Shown here: positions 54,110-64,000 of the stretch, in pieces | How positions within the stretch are numbered: position 1 is the stretch's first letter | Layout of the letters: each line of letters starts with the position of its first letter | DNA from: Octopus vulgaris | Taxonomy: Eukaryota | Reading direction: 5' to 3' | Assembly: GCA_951406725.2 (NCBI GenBank) | Contig: OX597818.1 | Coordinates: forward strand, 28,706,001 to 28,770,000 | DNA length: 64,000 nucleotides | The notes under the pieces: generated by a model | Databases searched by the model: none | The model's input: only the letters and a program-made list of their open reading frames with translations | What the model was told of the DNA's origin: nothing | Position numbers and translations under genes: made by a program

Positions 54110-56060
54110 TGCTGTTCCAGTCCCATTCATCTAGAGATCGTGTGTCTGTAGATGAAGCCTCACTGAACAGCAGAATTCAAATGCCACTCAAGGAGAAGGT
54201 TGCTGGTCGGTACCAGTTTTTTGGGAAATCAATTAAATGCAGAAAGAAGAGAGTGACAGAATTATTGAAAGAGGTGACACTACTGTGGAGAGATAAGCTG
54301 AATTTTCCAATCATTTCCAAGCTCAAAAATGTGCTTCATTTGTATGACAAATGCACCTAAAAAAGACAATTTGAGCCATTAGAAGAACTGTTCAATATCA
54401 ACAAAGTCTGCAATGAATGGCTTAATGCTGATGATAAAATGCTTTATTCTATCCAACTCCAAAGCCAGGGCAAAATGGGTTATTCGACAAGCAAAGCTGC
54501 AAGCAAGCACACTATCCATAATTCCAAGAGAAGATGCTCGGATGCTGAAGCCTCCCATTCTTTATCAAACTCAGCAACCCTGGTACTGACAGTGACTCTG
54601 AAGAAGAAGAGATTGAAGAGTACAATTATGGTGAAGATGACAGAGTTGATCAAAACGATATAGATAGTGATGGCACTTATTCTTCCACAAGAAGGAACAA
54701 CAAATCTGCAATTGGTATGAGATTTGTAACTGAAACAAATGTCTCTACCTACAAAGCTGCGAAAATCTGCAAAGAATTGTCAGAGGAGGACATTGATATC
54801 CCAGCTCCTAGTCAGCAAGGCATTTTACAATGCACTGTTTGAGAAAGCTGGTGTAATGAAGAAACACTTGATCAATACACTAGGCAATCAGAAATGGGAC
54901 CTGCATTTTAATGGTAAACATATTGACGGAAATGAATATCAAGTGGTAATCATCAAGATAAAACAAGTGAAATTAAGCTGGCTGCTCTGAAGCTGTGTGG
55001 TGACAAGGCCGAGACCATTGCAGGATTGAAAAGCATCTTGGATGAATTACACTTTTAGGGTGAAATCTTAATGATTATTGTTGATACGACAAGTGTGAAT
55101 ACCGGATGAAAGAGTTGGGTAGTGGTTAGACTGCAGAGAATTTCTTGAGCAAATGCTATGATGAGCCACAATTCATGAGCAACAAACACCATGTCTTGGA
55201 CAGAATCCTGCATATTTTCATGGATGAGGAGCTAGCTAGTGCAGGCAATTCACTCAATATCGGATATTTTCTTGTCAAAGAACTCATGACAAGTTATGAA
55301 GAACTTCAAGGCTCCTTCCAGTATGGAAATCGTCATAGTAGATCAAGCTGGTTGGAGAGATGATATGAAGTTCCTGTTTCACTTAACCCATGCCTTCAAG
55401 TTCTTCCATGGAAAAAGAGACATCCCTTTCATCAAGTTTCAGAAAATCCCAAATATCAGTAATGCCAGATGGAATTTGCAAGCAATCCTAGCCCTTCTTA
55501 TATTTTTACTTACGCCACATGTGAGAGATTGCATATGGTCTGCCACTTCATCTCATATGACTGTGCAGACCACTGGTTATAGAGCTGAAGATTATGCAGA
55601 GCTATCACAAACCTTACTACTCTAGAAGACTTCTTTGAAATGCTTGACAAATCACTGGAAACAAGAGCTCTCAAAACTAAAGATCAGCAGAAGCAATTAA
55701 TGCTGTGAGTGAGCAATTAAGGTCATGCAAGAACTACACACCACATGCAAGAACAAAGCTAACCTGCCATTGAGTTTCATTCTCTCTATTAGACTTGCCG
55801 CAACTTGACTATTGACTAATTTGACTTTATATGACTTACCTTCTTTTTATTATTCTGGAATGCAGAATATAATTCTTTTAACAGTTATGGATCTTTTTTT
55901 CCTTTATTGTTTATTATTCTATCAGGGTCCTAGTTTTTGGAAACCCACCCAAATGCAACCAAATATAAAAATTTCAAAGTTAGTCATGAGTGAACTTTTT
56001 TGAGCAAATAGAAAAAAAAAAACATTGATTTTCATAGTCTTCTAGCAAAAACTCGACAGA
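54110..56060 (+). mobile_element. Decayed hAT-like (possibly hATm-type) transposase
   Basis: LHFNGK, DTTSVNTG, xxHHVLDRIL, ISNARW and C-terminal SN..CE.AIK motifs, with many stops. Confidence 0.55.
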
Positions 56061-56739
56061 ATATGATACAGGACTATGGAGTTACAAAAAAGTTGTATCC
56101 TCAGTGCACACAGCACGGTGAGATACTGTGACCAGGTTTTGGGTAGGTGTTCTGCTTGCTATGGGCAGGTCTTCTTGAGCATGGCAGGGCACCAGCCCTC
56201 CCAATCCATTGTCATCTCTTCTGCAAGGCTCAGCATTTTGAGGTCAGTTTACACAACCTCATCCCATACTGTTGGCAAAGATCTCTAATAGCAGTTACTA
56301 AGACATCTGAAGATGATGCAATACTACTATTTAGTGCATCATTTTTATGAAACAAACAATTAGTATTGCATCATCTTTGAAGGAATGATGAAACATTGCA
56401 TCATAATTCAACAAGTTAAAAACATTGACAGCCTGCCAACCATTCATTTGTCCTTTGTAATCCTTCCACGAAATATCAAAGAATCAAAAGCTAAGCCTTG
56501 AAGAGATTTCACAATTGTTATCCAACTTTCATAAAGAATGGGAAAAAATTATTTGTGATGAATCTTCTTTTCCTGAAGAGGATAATGAAAATGATCATGC
56601 CAGTATTGCCTATTCAGAATTGGATATGATGACAACAAAATGATTCTCCAAATCCTTCAATGATGTATGTACAGCATTATTTGAAGGATAAGTCTGAAAC
56701 TGAAATGACTCAGGAAGAACAATATTGAAAGGGCACAAG

Positions 56740-57010
56740 AAGAACTCCATTCTACAATGTTTACATGAACAGCTTGGACCTTCCCATTTTGCAAGTAGAT
56801 TTTATGATTCAGCTCTTTCATAATTTATATTATTCATGAAGCCAAATCTGGAAATCCAAATATGGACAAATGCTGAAGGAACTTGGGTCTATAAAGATAA
56901 GTGAATAGAAATAAACTCTGCTGAATTTAGAAAGTTTATTGGATTGATTATTCTTACAGTAGTTTCCAAATCCAAGCATGAAAACATTACTCAAACTTAG
57001 AGTTTTGGAG
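56740..57010 (+). mobile_element. piggyBac-like transposase fragment
   Basis: IWTNAEG...EFRKFIGLIIL..SKS pattern. Confidence 0.35.
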
Positions 57011-57249
57011 ACAGACACCCCCATTGCAAACACACTCACATACACACATGAATGCATAAATGTACATATAAACTTATATACGAATACATACATCCACATG
57101 CACATATATATTGGTGATGTACACAAATACATAACAGGTATACATAATACTGAAATAAGCAACCCATATTGATTCCTGTGTGTAGAAATCAATGGCTTCA
57201 TAAAGTGCAACTGTAACAACTAATGTGAAACAAATGCATACATACATAC

Positions 57250-58760
57250 ATCATCATCATTTAACGATGCTAGCATGGGTTGGACGGTTCGACCAGGGTC
57301 TGGGAAGCCAGGAGGCTACACCAGGCTCCAGTCTGATCTGGCAGTGTTTCTACAGCTGGCTGCCCTTCCTAAAGCCAACCACTCCGTGAGTGTAGTGGGT
57401 GCTTTTTACGTGCCACTGGTACGGAACCCAGTCAAGGCAGCGCTGGCATTGGTCATGTTCGGATGGTGCTTTTTATGTGCCACACGCACAGGTATCACAA
57501 CTACAATTTCCATTTGATTTTTATTTTGATGTTGATGTACTTGACTCAATAGGTCTCCTTAAGCACAGCAGGTCGCCCTACAATCCAAGGTAAGCACAGC
57601 AAGCCGTCCTGCAGTCGATGGCACTTTGGATGGGCTGGGGCTGCTATGTGAAGCTGGTGCAGGAAACAGCCATGAACTCACGTTATTTGTCAGGTCTTCA
57701 CAGTCACAGCATATCTCCAGAGATCTCGGTCTTTCGTCATTGTCTCTGTGAGGCCCAATGATCAAAAGTCATGCTTGACCACCTCATCCCATGTCTTCCT
57801 GGGTCTACCTCTACCCCAGATTCCTTCAACTGTTTGGGTGTGGCACTTCTTCACTCATCTCTCCTCATCCATCCATAGTACATGACCATACCAGCGCAAA
57901 CATCTCTCTTGCATGCCACATCCAATGCTTCTTATGTCCAGCATTTCTCTCAGGGCACTTACACTCTGTCGTCTGTGCACACTGACATTAAACATCCAGC
58001 GGATCATACTAGCTTCATTTCTTTCAAGCCTACACATGTTCTCTGCTGTCACAGCCCATATCTCACTACCTTGAAGCATGACAGTTCGCACACATGTGTC
58101 GTATAATCTACCTTTCACTCTGAGCGAGAGACCATTTGTCACCAGTAAGGGTAGAAACTTTCTAAACTTTGCCCAGGCTATTCGTATTCTAGTGGTGACA
58201 CTCTCTGAGCATCCACCTCCACTACTAACTTGGTCATCTAGGTAGTGGAAACTATCAAGTACTTCTAGTTTCTCTCCCTGGAGTGTGATGGAATCTGCTT
58301 TCTGAGTATCTGTGGTGTCTATTGCCCCTGTGCATCTGCTGCACATGAAAGTTATCTTCTCAGTTAGTTTTCCTCTGATGTTGCTGCACCTCTTATGCGT
58401 CCATAGCTTACAGTGGGTACATCTTATGGAGTTTCTACCTACACCTTTTCTACAGATCGAGCAGGGCCACCTACCTGAAGGGGTGTGTGGTGAGTTTGCC
58501 TTCCTACTTACTAGAACTTTGGTCTTTGCAACATTGACTCTAAGGCCTTTTGATTCTAAACCTAGCTTCCACACCCAAAATTTCTTTTCTAGTTCCGGTA
58601 GTGATTCTGCTATGAGGGCCAGGTCATCAGCATAGAGGAACTCCCAGGGGCATCCCATCTTGAATTCCTCTGTTATTGCTTGGAGGACTATGATGAATAA
58701 AAGGGGACTGAGGGCTGAACCTTGGTGGACCCCTACTTCTACCCGGAATTATTCACTTAT
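57250..58760 (-). mobile_element. RTE LINE 3' half
   Basis: ORF 57855-58658 with YADDL, WPCSICRKGVG and RLYDTCVRT; VHQGSALSPLLF upstream. Confidence 0.92.
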
Positions 58761-59173
58761 ATTAATATAACAAATAAAAATAAAAATAATAAAAATATAC
58801 AAAACATACAGAAATCAATGAAGAGAGAAAAGAAACAGTAAGATGATAGATGTTGACTTCATTAGGTATTTCTGTTTATTTAGAAACCTACAATGAACAG
58901 GTCATTTCACAGATGCTAAACTATAAATTTCACAGGGTAAAACCTTAAAGTTGACACCACTAAGTTGAGAATGTTACAACGCAGAAAATTTCTGTCTCAC
59001 TATTGGCTAAAAATACACAGTTTTTCGAGTTTTCATCAAATTCTTTCTCCACAAGTACATGGCTTCACAGGAATAAGCATGTAAAACTACATCAATATAA
59101 CCGATTTTCAAATATTTTACTTCCTTTTAAGAGATGCAGATTTTATGAATGAAACAAACAAGATCTGATGCGG

Positions 59174-59404
59174 ATAAGTTTAGAAAAAGGTAACTCTTGA
59201 ATTCAGATAGTCAACCAAGGCATGGGTGAGGGCAGTTGCTGAGGCCATTGCTTCTGCTTTCCTTTTCTAAAGTTCTTCACTGGCCTGTTGCTGTGGAAGG
59301 ACCTTCAAGAAAAAAGGAAAGCAGAAGCAATGGCCTCAACAACTGCCCTCACCCATGTCTTGTTTGACTAACTGAATTCAGGAGTTACCCTTTTGTAAAC
59401 TTAT
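59174..59404. repeat. Hairpin/MITE-like palindrome (arms about 95 bp)
   Basis: ataagttt...catgggtgagggcagttgctgaggccattgcttctgctttcc pairs with ggaaagcagaagcaatggcctcaacaactgccctcacccatg...aaacttat. Confidence 0.88.
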
Positions 59405-59861
59405 AAACATCTAACTATTGAAGTAGAAAAATTATCAGAAAAGCCATTTCTATTCTTTTTTCTACAAATATAATTATATATATACACATACATGTATTTA
59501 GAAACAAAAAATATTTAAATCCAGCCAGAGTCCATGTACAGTATATGATCTTCATCCTCTCATTTACATATTGTTAAAAAGAAAAGTATTGTCTAATAAA
59601 TTTATTTGGTATGAACAAAAGGAAAAAAGGAGTAATTTTGGTTAATATGACATTTCAAAATTAGACTTTGGAAAGAGGGTTCCTCAGTAAAGTGGCACCC
59701 AAAATTCTATTCTACAAGAAAGATGCTAATGATTATGTAAAAGTAGTACTTATTGAGAGGCTGATTGTACAAAATTTACTTCACTGGGATATAATATCAG
59801 AATGTACTAACACTAAATTTTTTGTTAATAATTTTTGTTAATAAATTGCTTATATACTTAC

Positions 59862-59903
59862 CAGTAGGTTTCTTTGAAACATTAACGTAAGTACCAACCA
59901 TGT
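59862..59903 (-). CDS. 42-nt micro-exon B2: xMVGTYVNVSKKPT
   Basis: ttctaatttcttaaag|ACATGG...CCTACTG|gtaagt; phase 1-1. Confidence 0.8.
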
Positions 59904-60148
59904 CTTTAAGAAATTAGAAAAAGAACAAATAGCATGGCTATAAATAATATTTAAATTAAGATAGCTGTGTACTGATTCTACCATAATAAATACTAATGAG
60001 ATACACTCAAACACAGTCACATATACATACATGCATATTAATACACAAAAGTTAGAGAGTGACATACTTCATAATAGTTAGCTGTCTGTCTATTTTAAAG
60101 ATAGGTTCTAAGATCGTGCTGTGTACTAACAATATCAATTGTACTTAT

Positions 60149-60208
60149 GTGGTTGTTTCATTTCTAAATATTTGGGCTCGCTAACTTCAGCATATTGTTC
60201 TTCCACAA
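60149..60208 (-). pseudogene. 60-nt exon A2 with mutated donor (GT to AT): xVEEQYAEVSEPKYLEMKQP
   Basis: Acceptor tatttcttgaag intact; donor reads ataagt. Confidence 0.65.
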
Positions 60209-61177
60209 CTTCAAGAAATAGAATAAAAGGCATATTTATTGTTTTCAGGGTGTGATTTAAATATTTTGATGATACACAAAAAGTAGCAGCTATATATATT
60301 TAGTACAGTTTGCACTATTTCCATCACTTCAATATTTGGTTGTGATATTTAACTTTAAGGGAAGCTATTCACAAATATGTTTAGAGCAATAAGGGTTTTT
60401 CTAAGATAAATATCTTGCTAGAGTTATAAATAAACAGGAGTGATTTTGGATACTAGAGGAGAACAGTTAATCACATTTACTATTGCAAATTTATTCCCAT
60501 TCATTGTATCTCATGCCTTAGCAAATATCTACTGAATTCATCATTACTTAATTATTTAGATTTTTTTGTACAAATAAAGCTTTCAAAGTAAATGTTTATG
60601 AACTACATCATTAAGGGTAAGGATTGATAAAAAGGTAAAATATTAGAGTTAAATAGGAATATCTGTAAGAAGTTTATCGTATATGCAATGGAATTTTAAT
60701 ATTTTGAAAGGTTTTTAGGTGTGGCTGTGAGGTAAGAAGTTTAATTTCCAAACACATGGGTCTGGGTTTAGTCACATGATGAGGCACCTTGGGCGAGTGT
60801 ATTCTGCTATAATCCTGGGCTGACCAAAATCTTGTGAATGGATTTGGTATATATATAAGGGAGTGTGTGTGCCTTTGCGTTTGATCCCCATCACCACTTG
60901 ACAATTGTGTTGATTTGTTCACATCCACAAAACTTAGCAGTTTAGCAAAAGAAACCAATAGAATAAGTAAAAGGCTTAAAAATAATAAGTACTCAGGTGG
61001 ATTTGTTGGACTAAACCCTTGAAAGTGGTGCCTTAGCATGGCTGCAGTTCATTGACTGAAACAAATAAAAGACATGCATTAAGCTGCCTATACTACTCAA
61101 AGAAAGAGTGAACCAAAATTTTGCTAACTCTTGCTCTAATGAATGAAATTTTATTATTGGATTGCTTATATACTTAC

Positions 61178-61219
61178 CATCAGGTTTCCTTGAAACATTA
61201 ACATAAGAAATCTTCATGT
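61178..61219 (-). CDS. 42-nt micro-exon B1: xMKISYVNVSRKPD
   Basis: tttattttttaaag|ACATGA...CCTGATG|gtaagt; phase 1-1. Confidence 0.8.
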
Positions 61220-61439
61220 CTTTAAAAAATAAAAAATAAAAACAATAAATAGCGTTATGTTAGTATTGTGTTGATACTACAATAATAAATGCTAATGAGA
61301 CAGACTCAAACTCACTCATACACACATATTAATAGATAAAAGTTAGAGAATGATACATTTCATGACTGTTAGCTTTCTGTTAATGTTTAAGATAATTTTT
61401 AAGATCATGCTGTGTACTAACAATATTGTTTATACTTAC

Positions 61440-61499
61440 CTGCTGGTTTCAATTCTAAATAACTGGGCCCACTAGCTTCAGCATATTGCTCTTCATTAG
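61440..61499 (-). CDS. 60-nt micro-exon A1: xNEEQYAEASGPSYLELKPA
   Basis: aattttttgaag|CTAATG...CCAGCAG|gtaagt; phase 1-1, both sites intact. Confidence 0.78.
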
Positions 61500-62892
61500 C
61501 TTCAAAAAATTATATAAAGATGTGCACATTTATTGTTTGGAGAGGATAGTTTTAATATTTTGATATTGTACAAAAAGTAACTAAAAAAAATAAAATACTA
61601 GTGAGATCTGTGGAAATTCCACAGAACGAAAGAGATTAAGCAAAGCTATTTAAGAAAGAAAGGATGATTGTTATTTGTATTTTGCTAAGTGATTTCACTT
61701 CCAGTTGCAAAATAGTATATGATTTTAAAATTTTCTTCTGCTAAGCACCTTATATTTCTCTCTTTCTCTCTACCTCTTCAACGAACATTTTAACCATGTA
61801 ATTCCCCTCTTCATGTCTTTAACATTTCCCTCTTTCTCTTTCCAACCTACAGTATGTCATTAACACTTCTCTCTCCCACTTTCCTCTCATCGTATTTGTG
61901 TCTTGCTCTTTGCCTCCCACTTCAACTAACTACGTGATGCATTTGACCTTAGCGTATTATTATACTCCTCTCTTCTTGCTTCTCTAACCATATTTCTCCC
62001 TCTCTCTCATTCCACTTCCACCTCTCTAACAAACGAAAGTATAACAGGTGAACAAAGAAGCAAATTATTATATAGATAGTGTATATTTTATATGCAACAA
62101 TGTTTTCATACATGCTACCCCAAGAAATCGAACTAAATCACCTCTTTTAAACTGCATCTTTCTCTTCTTCACATTTCCTCTTCATGCCATTAAAAACCAC
62201 TCCCAAGTATGGTTCACCTATTGACATTTGTCCTTTATCCTTACCATCAATGAGCTAACCTCCACTATTGTTATTGATTTTCCCTTTTTCCACTATTCAC
62301 CACATCTTACATCTGCTGCCACTTCCAACAGACAGCCATTCCATGTTCATACCACAAATGATCCTCCACCCTTCAAATTGGTATCCCTTTCTCAATTTCC
62401 CCACCAATCACAACTGCCAGCCCCACAACTCATGACCCTATAATGAGCCCTCCATCATTCTCCTGTCGAAAGTGCTATTCTGCTGCTGTAAGAAACAAAA
62501 ACAGAATACACCATACATTTATACCATACATATTGCCATCTCTGTACTGTGAGTTACCACTTCCTTTCCTTTGTACTATTTCCAGTCAGCATCTATTCCT
62601 TATTCTTACTGTGTCCACTTATATACGTAAATCCTTTCCCTGTTCATGATTTATTACATCTCCTATGTTCATTTGACCTGTTTTATTCCATGGTTTGTAT
62701 TCACCTCCTTTTCTCCCAAACTCTTACAACCTTACACACCAGCATCCCTGATTCTGAAGTATCATCACTATAAATACAGAATGGAAAAAGATATGTAAGT
62801 GGAGGTCAAGTAGACAGCACGAATGTGTGTGTGTATATGATTGATTGATTCCAGTTCCAGCCTATGAGCTGTGGCCATGCTGGGGCACCATA

Positions 62893-62965
<73 letters not shown>

Positions 62966-63112
62966 ATGCTTCTCTGGAGACTGTCAGAATGATATAAATG
63001 TCTCCGATGAGAACACAATAAGGTTCGAAAATCGATTAAGGTTGTTAATTGTATTTTTTCAGTCTGCAGAGAAATGGCTAAAATTTGCTTTGTTTATAAT
63101 TATACCTAAATA

Positions 63113-63343
<231 letters not shown>

Positions 63344-63467
63344 TGAAGGCAGCAGTTTGCAGTGTTTCACCAAAAAGGAAAACTATAATTGTCACTAAAT
63401 GTGACTAGTGTGTTAGAAACACATACATTGCTAGAAATATGAGCTAAAATGCTCTAATGTTGTGTAA

Positions 63468-63510
<43 letters not shown>

Positions 63511-63513
<3 letters not shown>

Positions 63514-64000
63514 TGGGGGGAAATCAATATTCGTATATGTCAAAATTCTTTATCTATTTAATTTCTAATGAACATAAATGGAATATACCAATACTATATT
63601 TGCATACACATGCATAAACTAAGAATATGCAAAAGAAACTAATAAATTATAGTAACTAAGGAATTTATAGACAATTATAAATATTTAGGGTTGGAAAAAG
63701 TATTCGTACAGAATAAATTTTTGATTTTCTATGCCACAAAATACTGTTATAATATTTATTTTTAATAGAACTTTCTTGTTTGTTCCAATAATCTTATCAG
63801 TTGTCATTTTTAAGTATCAAAACGCTATCTTCTTCATTCAGCAGTGAGACAACATAAAGTAGTATCGTAATAATGGCGAAAAGTAAAGAACTCCCAAATA
63901 CAGTGAAAAACTTAATTATTGAACAGTGGAAAGGAGGTAAAAGTTACAGGAAAATATCAGAGACCCTTTGTATTCCATTTTCTACCATATCTTCATTTAT
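63511..64000 (+). mobile_element. Tc1-like transposon left end and transposase N-terminus (runs off the window)
   Basis: TA|CAGTGGGGGGAAATCAATATTCGTA TIR, inner repeat ggaaaaagtattcgta at about 63693 (IR/DR-like), and ORF from 63873 MAKSKELPNTVKNLIIEQWKGGKSYRKISETLCIPFSTISSF (paired-like HTH). Confidence 0.88.

Overview
AT-rich, repeat-saturated animal genomic DNA. The SINE, RTE and microsatellite content resembles an octopus (coleoid cephalopod) genome; this is an inference. Most of the window is decayed mobile DNA: RTE, CR1-like, L1/Tx1 and R4/Dong LINEs, Penelope pieces with hammerhead-like motifs, Helitron, hAT, pogo/Tigger, mariner, Tc1 and piggyBac fragments, one LTR with a tRNA-Trp PBS, and tRNA-derived SINEs. 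The main host feature is not recovered as a gene by the ORF track: the 3' end of a minus-strand gene (about 61.5 kb down to 45.1 kb) built from tandemly duplicated, frame-preserving phase 1-1 micro-exons. These are a 60-nt exon A (YAEx...YLEL/M) and a 42-nt exon B (YVNV), followed by a 23-nt exon and a terminal exon. Spliced, they give a tail with four YVNV motifs, resembling a phosphotyrosine/SH2-docking adaptor or receptor tail; two A copies have lost a splice site. Also present are a roughly 5-6 kb inverted segmental duplication (17.7-23.8 kb vs 32.8-38.2 kb), several long fold-back hairpins and a degenerate USP-like deubiquitinase remnant. All coordinates were read by eye; repeat boundaries are approximate.
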